DNA of 64,000 bases from Bradyrhizobium sp. Its GTDB lineage: Bacteria; Pseudomonadota; Alphaproteobacteria; Rhizobiales; Xanthobacteraceae. A program made the position numbers and the translations under genes. Every line of letters starts with the position of its first letter. Position 1 is the stretch's first letter. The DNA lies in NCBI RefSeq assembly GCF_030646015.1, contig NZ_JAUSLT010000067.1, positions 27,484 through 91,483 on the forward strand, read 5' to 3'. Below the pieces are notes generated by a model, which saw only the letters and a program-made list of their open reading frames with translations, made no database searches and was not told where the DNA came from. Below, piece after piece: positions 48,179 to 56,555 of this stretch.

Positions 48179-49087
48179 ATGACCGAAAAGCCCATCCACG
48201 ACCGCATTCACGCCGGCATGCTGGACAGCTTCGATGAAGAACTGGAACTCGAGATCGACGATGATCGCCTCGACGCGTTGACCAACGAGTTCTCCGGCCA
48301 TACCGCGAATGAGACCCTCGATCGGCGAATTTATTTCAAGGAGCTGTTCCGCCTGCAGGGTGAACTGGTCAAACTGCAGAGCTGGGTGCAGCACCAGAAA
48401 CTCAAGGTGGTGGTGATTTTCGAGGGCCGCGATTCCGCCGGCAAGGGCGGGGTGATCAAGCGTATCACCCAGAGGCTCAATCCGCGGATTTGCCGCGTCG
48501 CGGCACTTCCGGCGCCGAGCGAGCGCGAACGCACGCAATGGTATTTCCAACGCTATGTGTCGCATTTGCCGGCCGGCGGCGAAATCGTGCTGTTCGATCG
48601 CAGCTGGTATAATCGCGCCGGCGTCGAACGCGTGATGGGGTTCTGTACCGAGGCCGATGTCGAGGAGTTCTTCCGGTCGGTGCCGGAATTCGAGCGCATG
48701 CTGGTGCGCTCCGGCATCGTGTTGATCAAGTACTGGTTCTCCATCACCGACGAGGAACAGCATCTGCGCTTCACCATGCGGATTCACGATCCTCTCAAGC
48801 AATGGAAGCTCAGCCCGATGGATGTGGAATCGCGCAGCCGTTGGGAACAATACACCAAGGCCAAGGAAGCGATGCTGGAGCGGACCCACATCACGGAAGC
48901 CCCCTGGTATGTGGTCCAGGCCGTCGACAAGAAGAGGGCGCGGCTGAACTGCATCGCGCATTTGCTCGAACAGATTCCCTACAACGAAGTCGGGCACGCT
49001 CCGGTGGTTCTGCCGCCGCGAATTCATAGCCCGAATTATAGTCGAGGTCCGATTCCGGCCGAAATGTACGTGCCGGCGCGCTATTGA
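48179..49087 (+). CDS. ppk2: polyphosphate kinase 2
   Basis: FEGRDSAGKGG (Walker A-like) ...FDRSWYNRAGVERVMGF, the PPK2 signature. Confidence 0.9.
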   Translation: MTEKPIHDRIHAGMLDSFDEELELEIDDDRLDALTNEFSGHTANETLDRRIYFKELFRLQGELVKLQSWVQHQKLKVVVIFEGRDSAGKGGVIKRITQRLNPRICRVAALPAPSERERTQWYFQRYVSHLPAGGEIVLFDRSWYNRAGVERVMGFCTEADVEEFFRSVPEFERMLVRSGIVLIKYWFSITDEEQHLRFTMRIHDPLKQWKLSPMDVESRSRWEQYTKAKEAMLERTHITEAPWYVVQAVDKKRARLNCIAHLLEQIPYNEVGHAPVVLPPRIHSPNYSRGPIPAEMYVPARY

Positions 49088-49241
49088 ACGCCGTCGGCGA
49101 CACATGACTGTAACACGAATGTCATTCCATGGGGCCGCCCCGGGGAAAACAACCGGGCTTGAATGGTCGTCCCCCGGTTTCGTTGCGCCTTGCAGGTTTG
49201 CGTCGTGACGTCCTGCGTTCGGCCAGGTTTTGCGGTGTCCA

Positions 49242-50282
49242 ATGCAAGCTGAAACGCCAGTCGCAGAAATTGCCGCCGACGACAGGGGTCGGTCATCGGG
49301 CGCAACCGCGCCGATTCCGGGTCTGGTCTGGGCATTCCGCATCCATCCGGACGGCAGTCCGGAACTCCTCCCGGTCGATCAGCCGATTGCGTTCGCTCAT
49401 GACGGCCTGCTCTGGCTGCACTTCAATCTGGCGGATGCGCGGGTGCTGCAGTGGTTGACCCCTGCCAACCTTCAGGTGCCGTCCCAGGCACGGACGCTGT
49501 TGCTGTCGAAGGATACCTATCAGCAGCTCAACACCGTCGATGACTGTGTCTACGGCGTGATCTCGGATCTGCGGCGCGACATCGGCGAGGCGACGGAAGA
49601 CACCGGATACCTTCGGTTGATCATGACCGAGCAGATCATGGTGAGCGGCCGGCATCATGCGCTTTGCGCGGTCGATGCCACTCGCCGCGCGCTCGAAGAC
49701 GGCCAACGTATCGAAAGCGTTGCCGCGCTGTTCGAGGCCATCGTCGAGAATGTCGCCAGTACGATAGACCGGGTCGCCGATCGCGTGGCGCACGATCTCG
49801 ACGAACTCGAGGAGCAGGTGCTGTCGGGCGGCACGACGGACTTGCGCCAGAACCTCGGTCGCCTGCGGCGTACCTGCGTCCGGCTGCATCGGCAGGTTTC
49901 AGGATTGCGGATCGTGTTCCACCGGCTCGAACAGAAGAACCCCGGCGATCTCAAGCCCGCCTTGCGGCTCCGCGCCGGCAAGCTCGGCCAGCGCCTCGAT
50001 GGCCTCGATCACACCATCGTCGAGATGCGCGAGCGAAGCCGGTTGTTGCAGGAAGAACTCCATCTGAAGATCGAGGAACAGGGGAACAACAACATCAGGG
50101 CGCTCTCGATTCTGACGGCGCTGCTGATGCCGCCGACGCTCGTCACCGGCATCTTCGGCATGAACCTCAAGGGCCTGCCGCTTGCCGATCTCGAAGCAGC
50201 CTTCCCGTGGGCGGCCATGCTGATGGCTCTGGCGTCCCTTGTCGCCTATTTCATCATGAAACGCTGTGGTGTCATCAGGTAG
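49242..50282 (+). CDS. CorA/ZntB-family divalent-cation transporter
   Basis: First ATG at 49242; the track uses a TTG at 49230. Two C-terminal TM helices with the GMN motif (TGIFGMNLKGLP). Confidence 0.75.
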   Translation: MQAETPVAEIAADDRGRSSGATAPIPGLVWAFRIHPDGSPELLPVDQPIAFAHDGLLWLHFNLADARVLQWLTPANLQVPSQARTLLLSKDTYQQLNTVDDCVYGVISDLRRDIGEATEDTGYLRLIMTEQIMVSGRHHALCAVDATRRALEDGQRIESVAALFEAIVENVASTIDRVADRVAHDLDELEEQVLSGGTTDLRQNLGRLRRTCVRLHRQVSGLRIVFHRLEQKNPGDLKPALRLRAGKLGQRLDGLDHTIVEMRERSRLLQEELHLKIEEQGNNNIRALSILTALLMPPTLVTGIFGMNLKGLPLADLEAAFPWAAMLMALASLVAYFIMKRCGVIR

Positions 50283-50381
50283 CGTCCGATTTCGATGATG
50301 CCTCGAAACGGCGCGTAACGCGGCTGTCACGTCAGCGTGCCAATGGAAGATGTCGATCACCCGAATCAGCCGGCGCGATAG

Positions 50382-51386
50382 TTGCTATTGCCGTCCGGAC
50401 GGACGCACCCCCTGAAAGCCCTCGTGCTGCAAAACACACCCCGCAGCCACGCCCGACTGAAGGGGCTGGGTGTGGTCGTCAGCCTCGCCATCGCGGCGGC
50501 AGCCATCTTCGCGCTGACGCATGCGCTCAAAAACGTCGACTACGACGAGGTGTTCGCGGTCGTGGGACGCACCAGTCCCGGCGTCATTGTCATGGCCCTG
50601 ATGCTGGTGGCCATTTCCTACGCCAGTCTGACTCTCTACGACCTGCTGGCGCTGCGCACGATCGGGCGGGCCGACATTCCCTACCGGATTGCGGCGCTCG
50701 CGAGTTTCACCAGCTATCCCATCGCCCATGGTGTCGGAGCAGTCGCGCTGATCGCGCCGGTGATCCGCTACCGGGTCTATTCGCGCCACGGCCTCGGCGT
50801 TTTCGACGTGGCGAATATCAGCTTCCTGACCGGGCTGACGTTCTGGCTGGGCAACCTGACGGCGCTGGCGCTCAGCCTGTTCTGCGCGCCCGATGCCATC
50901 AGCCTGATCAACTATCTGCCGCCATCTGCCAATCGCTGGCTGGCGGCGGCGCTGCTATCAGCTGTGCTCGCCTTCCTGCTCTGGACCTGGCGCGCGCCCA
51001 GAAGCTTTGGAACGCGGCGGTGGCCGGTGCGGCTTCCCTCAGGGCCCGTGGTTCTGCTGCAGATCGCGATCGGAATTTTCGATCTCGGCGCCGCGGCGCT
51101 GGCGATGTATGTGCTGTTGCCGGCCGGGCTGGATATCGGGGTGTTTCGCGTGATCGCGGTGTTCATCGCCGCGACGCTACTGGGGTTTGCCAGTCACTCG
51201 CCGGCGGGAATTGGCGTGTTCGACGCGGCTGTTTTGATCGGGCTGGCCGGTGACGAGAAGGAACCGGTGATCGCGGCGCTGCTGATGTTCCGGTTTCTGT
51301 ACCACTTCTTGCCGTTCGTGCTCGCGCTCGGCCTGTTCGGCGGCCTGGAAGGCTGGAGGAGTTTTCGCGGCAGGAGCAGGCCGTGA
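50382..51386 (+). CDS. YbhN/UPF0104-family membrane protein (lysyl-PG-synthase TM-domain-like); start uncertain
   Basis: About 8 TM helices. The pattern resembles the flippase-like domain of the MprF/YbhN family. TTG start in the track. Confidence 0.55.
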   Translation: MLLPSGRTHPLKALVLQNTPRSHARLKGLGVVVSLAIAAAAIFALTHALKNVDYDEVFAVVGRTSPGVIVMALMLVAISYASLTLYDLLALRTIGRADIPYRIAALASFTSYPIAHGVGAVALIAPVIRYRVYSRHGLGVFDVANISFLTGLTFWLGNLTALALSLFCAPDAISLINYLPPSANRWLAAALLSAVLAFLLWTWRAPRSFGTRRWPVRLPSGPVVLLQIAIGIFDLGAAALAMYVLLPAGLDIGVFRVIAVFIAATLLGFASHSPAGIGVFDAAVLIGLAGDEKEPVIAALLMFRFLYHFLPFVLALGLFGGLEGWRSFRGRSRP

Positions 51387-51401
51387 AGCCGCTTGCGCCA
51401 T

Positions 51402-51725
51402 TCACACCGGCGAGTTGAGCTTCAGCCCCACCATTCCCGCCACGATCAGCGTCAGGCACAGCACCCGGACCGGGTCGGCCGGCTCGCTGTAGATCAGCAT
51501 TCCCACAATGATGCTGCCGGTGGCGCCGATACCGGTCCATACCGCATAGGCGGTGCCGAAGGGCAGGGACTTCAGCGCGATGGCCATCAGTCCGAAGCTC
51601 AGCGCGATCGCCACCAGGGTCGCAACGGTCGGCCAGAACCGGGTGAGGCCGTCGGAATATTTCAGGCCGAAGGCCCAGGCGATCTCGAGCAGTCCGGCCC
51701 CCAGCAATGCCAGCCAGCCGCTCAC
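51402..51725 (-). CDS. sugE: SMR-family quaternary ammonium/guanidinium efflux protein (SugE-like)
   Basis: 107 aa with 4 TM helices. EIAWAFGLKYS contains the essential Glu. The GTG start overlaps the btaB stop. Confidence 0.85.
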   Translation of the reverse strand: MSGWLALLGAGLLEIAWAFGLKYSDGLTRFWPTVATLVAIALSFGLMAIALKSLPFGTAYAVWTGIGATGSIIVGMLIYSEPADPVRVLCLTLIVAGMVGLKLNSPV

Positions 51726-52426
51726 GCGGTCTTGCGTTCCGGCGGAAGGGTCAACACGGCATATTGCGCATAGCCGCGGAACGGCCGTTCGAATTTCAGA
51801 TCGGCGCCGGAGCTTTTGACCATCGCCGACAGCTCGCGCTCGAGATCGTCACGCGGCGTGACGCCGAACAGCGCCAGCCACTGCCGAAGCAGCGTCCGCG
51901 CTATTTGTGGCAAGCGCTCCTGATCACCGAAATCGACGATGTGCAGGCTTCCGCCGGGCTTGAGGCGGCCGGTCGCCGCCTGCAGCACGAGGCGCCAGTC
52001 CGGAATCATCGACAGGCTGTAGGAAATCATCACATGATCGAACCGCGCGATGCCGAACGAGACCTGGGGGTTGAAGGCCGTTCCGTCGCCATGCGCGACG
52101 CGAATGCGCTTGGCGAGGTCGCGGCGCGAAATGGCTGAAATCGCCGATGTCAGCATTTCCGTGGAAATATCGATGCCGAAGAATCGCGCGTTCGGATAGA
52201 GCCGGGCGGCATGCACCAGGTTTCTGCCGGTTCCGCAGCCGATTTCCAGCACGTTCGCGCCGGCGGCAGGCTGTAATCCCGCGATCAGCTGGTCCCGGCC
52301 AAGCAAATAGTATCGCCTTGTGCCGTCGTAGATGTGGCGCTGCCGGCGGTACATCCGGTTCATGCGACGCGTGGCCTCGACCGGCCACGATGGTTCGGCA
52401 CTGATTTCCTCTGTGTACATCGACAT
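51722..52426 (-). CDS. btaB: diacylglycerylhomoserine N-methyltransferase (betaine lipid DGTS synthesis)
   Basis: Only the C-terminal 234 codons of the 722-aa track ORF are counted (ATG at 52426, MSMYTEEI...). SAM motif VLEIGCGTGRNL. The upstream part of the long ORF is antisense to btaA. Confidence 0.8.
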   Translation of the reverse strand: MSMYTEEISAEPSWPVEATRRMNRMYRRQRHIYDGTRRYYLLGRDQLIAGLQPAAGANVLEIGCGTGRNLVHAARLYPNARFFGIDISTEMLTSAISAISRRDLAKRIRVAHGDGTAFNPQVSFGIARFDHVMISYSLSMIPDWRLVLQAATGRLKPGGSLHIVDFGDQERLPQIARTLLRQWLALFGVTPRDDLERELSAMVKSSGADLKFERPFRGYAQYAVLTLPPERKTA

Positions 52427-52474
52427 CCAAGCACCTCGTATCGCCTGTGATCGCTGGATCCTTGCGATGTTCGC

Positions 52475-52492
52475 GCGACAGGGATGTGACAG
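52475..52492 (-). promoter_or_regulatory. Pho-box-like site for btaB
   Basis: The minus strand reads CTGTCAC-ATCC-CTGTCGC, 49-66 nt upstream of the ATG at 52426. Confidence 0.5.
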
Positions 52493-52525
52493 CGCGGGAC
52501 AGTGTCCGCGGTTCCGCTTCCGCCG

Positions 52526-52543
52526 CTGTCGCAAAACTGCAGC
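52526..52543 (+). promoter_or_regulatory. Pho-box-like site for btaA
   Basis: CTGTCGC-AAAA-CTGCAGC, 43 nt upstream of the ATG at 52586. Confidence 0.45.
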
Positions 52544-52585
52544 GTGCTCCCGATACCCTCGTCGGATTGTTGATTCGAGGGATGG

Positions 52586-53791
52586 ATGAATACGCAACTC
52601 ATCGCCGACGCGGTCCGCAACTCCAGAGGCAAGGCCGAGGAAACCGTTTGGGACCGGCTGTTCGCGTTCTGGTTCCGCCGGCTGGTCTACACCCAGATCT
52701 GGGAAGACCCGGAAGCCGATCTCGCGGCACTTCGCCTGCCGGTCGGCTCGACCATCGTCACCATCTCCTCCGGCGGCTGCAACGCGCTGTCCTATCTCAC
52801 GGCGCGGCCGGCGCAAGTGTACGCGGTCGACCTCAACGAGGCGCATCTGTCGCTGCTGCAGCTCAAGCTCGCGGGGCTTCGTGTTTTCTCCGGCTATGCC
52901 GAATTCTGGCAGTTCTTCGGCGAGGCCGCCTCGGTCGCCAACTCCGCGCTGTATCGCGATCGGCTGCGGCCGGTGCTGGACGCGGAGACGCGCGCCTATT
53001 GGGACAGGCTCAACATCATCGGCCGCCCGCGGCATGCCTATTTCACCGACGGGTTCTATCGCCATGGCATGCTCGGCCGCTTCATCGGCCTTGCCCATGT
53101 ACTGGCGAAGCTGGCGCGGATCGATCTTTCGGCGCTGCTGAACGGCAAGGCAGATTGCCCCGATCGCATGCGGGCGCTGGATCGCCTGCATCGGCTGTTT
53201 CATTCGCCGCTGGCGCGCCTGATCACCGCAACGCCCGCGCTGCTGTTCAGCCTCGGCATTCCGCCGCAACAGCGGGCACTGCTCGGCGCCGACGCGCCGC
53301 TCAACGAAGTACTGCACGAGCGGTTGCTGCGGCTGGTCAGCGGTCATTCCAACGAGACCAACTATTTCGCCTGGCAGGCGCTGCAGCGCAGCTACCGCGG
53401 GCCGGGCGATGCCTGCCTGCCGCCCTATCTGCAGCGCAGCCAGTTCGAACGCATGCGCGACGGGGCGGGATTGATCATTCCGGTGCACGCCAATCTCAGG
53501 CAGTTTCTCGAAGGCCTGCCGGCGCGCGAGGTCGACGCCGTGGTGCTGCTGGACTCGCAGGACTGGATGGCCTCCGAAGAAATCCGCGCGCTGTGGAATG
53601 CGATCGACCGCACCGGCAGCAACGACGTCCGCGTGATCTTCCGCACCGCCGGCAAGGAATCTCCGCTGGAGAACGACGAACTGGCGCCGCTGCGCCAGAT
53701 CTGGCGTCGTGACGAGGCGCGAAGCGCGATCGGCTTCGCACAGGACCGCTCGGGGATCTATGGCGGGTTTCACTGCTACGAGCGGCGCTGA
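52586..53791 (+). CDS. btaA: S-adenosylmethionine:diacylglycerol 3-amino-3-carboxypropyl transferase (DUF3419)
   Basis: LVYTQIWEDPEADLAAL...TISSGGCNALSYL is typical of BtaA. Confidence 0.85.
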   Translation: MNTQLIADAVRNSRGKAEETVWDRLFAFWFRRLVYTQIWEDPEADLAALRLPVGSTIVTISSGGCNALSYLTARPAQVYAVDLNEAHLSLLQLKLAGLRVFSGYAEFWQFFGEAASVANSALYRDRLRPVLDAETRAYWDRLNIIGRPRHAYFTDGFYRHGMLGRFIGLAHVLAKLARIDLSALLNGKADCPDRMRALDRLHRLFHSPLARLITATPALLFSLGIPPQQRALLGADAPLNEVLHERLLRLVSGHSNETNYFAWQALQRSYRGPGDACLPPYLQRSQFERMRDGAGLIIPVHANLRQFLEGLPAREVDAVVLLDSQDWMASEEIRALWNAIDRTGSNDVRVIFRTAGKESPLENDELAPLRQIWRRDEARSAIGFAQDRSGIYGGFHCYERR

Positions 53792-53813
53792 GCGCACCGT
53801 GCGCAACGGCAGC

Positions 53814-54974
53814 TCAATGCTGCTCGGCCTTCCAGTCGCGCTTGATCTTCTTGGCGAGAGACCATTTGTGGACTTCGGTCGGACCATCATAAATGCGAAA
53901 GGCGCGGATCTCGCGGAAAGCCTGCTCGACGATCGTCTCAGCCGAGACGCCGGTGCCTCCCGTCACCTGCACGCATCGATCGGCAACCCGCATCAGCGCT
54001 TCCGATACCGAAACCTTGGCCATCGAACTCTCGGCCGTCCCCAGCGAGCCGGTGTCGAGCACGCCTGCGCACCAGTCGATCATCAGTTCCGACTGTTTCA
54101 GATCGATCAGGTTCTCCGCCAGCATGAAGCCGACGCCTTCGTGATCGACCAGCGGCTTTCCGAATGCGTGACGGCGGCAGGCATAATCGGTGGCGATCTC
54201 GTTGGCGCGGATCGCCAGGCCCAGCCAGCGCATGCAGTGCGACAGACGGGCCGGGCTGAGCCGGATTTGCGCATATTTGAAACCGTCGCCAGACGCGCCG
54301 AGCATCTGGTCGGCGGGCACGCGAAGGTTCTCGATCTCGATCTCGGCATGTCCGCCGGGCATCGAACTGTCGATCGTATCGATCACGCGCAGCGTCCGGA
54401 TCGCGGGATCCGGCAGATCGACGAGGAACATGCACGCGCCGACGTCCGACTTCGCCATGACGATGCCGACCCGGGCGCCATCGGCCCCGGTGATGAACTT
54501 CTTCCGCCCGTTGATGACCCAATGATTGCCGTCCAGCCTGCACGTGGTCTGCATCATCGACGGATCGGATCCTGCACCGCCCGCGTCCGCCGGCTCGGTC
54601 ATGAAGAATGCCGAACGCGCTCGGCCCGACACCAGCGGCTCCAGGAAGCGCACCTTCTGCTCGGCGTTTCCGACCTTGCCGAGCAGGTACATATTGCCCT
54701 CATCGGGCGCCATCGTGTTGCAGGCAAGCGGTCCCAATGGTGAGAGGCCGGATTTGATCAGGGCCTTCGCGGTCTCGCGCTGCGTGAGATGCGATCCATC
54801 CGGCAGAATGTGCGGCGTCAGGACGCCGGCCTTGCGTGCCTTCGCGCGCAGTTCCTGCACCAGCTCGTCGCTCGGGCCGTGCGGTCCCGTCCGCGGATCC
54901 TTCTCGTAGGGGATCACCTCGGCGCGGATGAAGGCCTCGATATCAGCGGCAATGGTGTCGGCTCGATTGTTCAT
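53814..54974 (-). CDS. acyl-CoA dehydrogenase family protein
   Basis: 386 aa. ACAD middle and C-terminal domain patterns (FFMTEP...GSD...; IYDGPTEVH). Confidence 0.9.
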   Translation of the reverse strand: MNNRADTIAADIEAFIRAEVIPYEKDPRTGPHGPSDELVQELRAKARKAGVLTPHILPDGSHLTQRETAKALIKSGLSPLGPLACNTMAPDEGNMYLLGKVGNAEQKVRFLEPLVSGRARSAFFMTEPADAGGAGSDPSMMQTTCRLDGNHWVINGRKKFITGADGARVGIVMAKSDVGACMFLVDLPDPAIRTLRVIDTIDSSMPGGHAEIEIENLRVPADQMLGASGDGFKYAQIRLSPARLSHCMRWLGLAIRANEIATDYACRRHAFGKPLVDHEGVGFMLAENLIDLKQSELMIDWCAGVLDTGSLGTAESSMAKVSVSEALMRVADRCVQVTGGTGVSAETIVEQAFREIRAFRIYDGPTEVHKWSLAKKIKRDWKAEQH

Positions 54975-55067
54975 GGAAGCGGATACTCCGGTCGATGCCG
55001 GCGCAAATATTCGCCGGGCTAGAGAACGCCAACGCAGCCATAGAGTGTTGAAGGGATAGGGATTTCA

Positions 55068-55149
55068 TGGTGAGCGCGGAGGGACTCGAACCCTCGACCC
55101 CATGATTAAAAGTCATGTTATCCACACTCAACCGGACGCAACCGCACTC
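55068..55149 (-). tRNA. tRNA-Lys(UUU)-like sequence with a non-canonical D region; possible att site or pseudo-tRNA
   Basis: The minus strand reads GAGTGCG...CATGA-CTTTTAA-TCATG-GGGTC-GAGGG-TTCGAGT-CCCTC-CGCGCTC-A-CCA. The anticodon arm, T arm and 7-bp acceptor pairing are canonical. The acceptor-to-anticodon-stem segment is 25 nt rather than about 19 and forms no good D stem. Confidence 0.45.
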
Positions 55150-55289
55150 AAAAACCCTTATTTTATTGACTTTTGACCCTTCTGGCGTTCCATTCGGTCC
55201 CGCTTCGTTCCGTTGCATCCAGCTATTTTGTGTCCCCGGCGTGTCCCCGGAAGCAAAATCAGCAGCAGCGAATTGATCGGGGACGCAGA

Positions 55290-56555
55290 ATGGATCAGCG
55301 CGTAGAGACTCGGAAAGCACTAACGGACGCATTTTGCCGGGCTCAGACAGCGCCCGCAAGCGGCCGGCTCGAATTTGCCGATTTGAGGTGCGCCGGTCTT
55401 TCGTTCCGTGTCACTTCGAAGGGCTCGCGGACATTCTGTTTCCGGTTTCGTGATCCGCTCACCAGGGCGTCGACCAGGGCGACGATCGGGACCTATCCCG
55501 ATATCGGCCTAGGCGAAGCCAGAACGCGCGCGGATGCCATGCGCGCGACCGTGGCTGGCGGTGCCAATCCGGTCATAGAGAAGCGCAAGGGGCGCGCTGG
55601 CGCCTCCCAGCGGGCTTTCAGCGCCATTGCTGAGCGCTTCATGGTCGAACACTCCCGCCGAAAGAAACGATCGGCGGATGGCGACGACCGCAACCTCAAC
55701 CTCCATATTCTGCCGAAATGGAAGTCCCGCCAGATTGACGACATCCGTCGCGCCGACTTGATCGAATTGGTCGAGGGCCTCGTGGCCACCGGTAAGCCGG
55801 TTCTTGCGAACCGGGTGCAGTCGCTCATTTCGTCGATTTTCAGCTTCGCGCTCGACGCGGATCTTCTGTCGGCGAATCCTTGCGCGCGGCTGCGAAAGAG
55901 GGGCGAGGAAACCGCCGGCACTCGCATCCTTTCGGACTCGGAAATCCGGCTGTTCTGGCGGCGCTCCCTGTTGCCGCCGCTTAGCCGCGGCGTCGGGCTC
56001 GCCATGCGCCTGCAGCTGCTCACGGGCGCCAGACCGAGCGAAGCGGCCGAGATCAACCTGAACGAATTACAGGCGATGGACAAAGCTGGCGAAGAAACGT
56101 GGATCATCCCCGGATCGCGGACCAAGAATAAACGAACGCATCTCATTCCGTTATCGGCTGCCGCTGTTGCGGTGGTGCAGGCTGGACTGGAACTAATCGA
56201 TGATGACGACGCGTTTCTATTCCCATCGCCGACCAGAGAGGACTCCTCGATCGACGGTCACGCTCTCGCGGTAGCAATGCGGCGTCTAAGCGAAAGCGAG
56301 AAGTTGACCGGACCAGGCAGTAAGACATGGAAGGCTGAGCCGCCCACGCCGCACGACCTGCGGCGGACTTTCGCGACACGGCTCGCAGAACTGGGAGTGC
56401 CGAAGGAAGACCGGGACGCCTGCCTAAATCACACACCGACCGATGTCGGCTCGAAACACTACGATTTGTATGAACGTGCCAAAGAGAAGCGCGCTGCGAT
56501 GGGTTTGTGGGCGTCGACGCTCACCGGCATTCTCAGGGTGGGGCAGGCGTCATGA
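55290..56555 (+). CDS. int: tyrosine-type site-specific integrase (P4-like, DUF4102 N-terminal domain)
   Basis: Internal ATG at 55290. N-terminal LTDAFCR...GLSFRVTSKGSRTFCFRFR (DUF4102 style). Catalytic region LLTGARPSE...HDLRRTFAT...LNH...Y. Confidence 0.9.
   Translation: MDQRVETRKALTDAFCRAQTAPASGRLEFADLRCAGLSFRVTSKGSRTFCFRFRDPLTRASTRATIGTYPDIGLGEARTRADAMRATVAGGANPVIEKRKGRAGASQRAFSAIAERFMVEHSRRKKRSADGDDRNLNLHILPKWKSRQIDDIRRADLIELVEGLVATGKPVLANRVQSLISSIFSFALDADLLSANPCARLRKRGEETAGTRILSDSEIRLFWRRSLLPPLSRGVGLAMRLQLLTGARPSEAAEINLNELQAMDKAGEETWIIPGSRTKNKRTHLIPLSAAAVAVVQAGLELIDDDDAFLFPSPTREDSSIDGHALAVAMRRLSESEKLTGPGSKTWKAEPPTPHDLRRTFATRLAELGVPKEDRDACLNHTPTDVGSKHYDLYERAKEKRAAMGLWASTLTGILRVGQAS

Noticed and set aside
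51722-53890. 722-aa minus-strand ORF, the longest in the track.
   Set aside because: Only its last 234 codons (from the ATG at 52426) match BtaB. The upstream ~490 codons are Arg/Ala-rich, low-information sequence exactly antisense to the well-supported btaA gene. This is a high-GC artefact.
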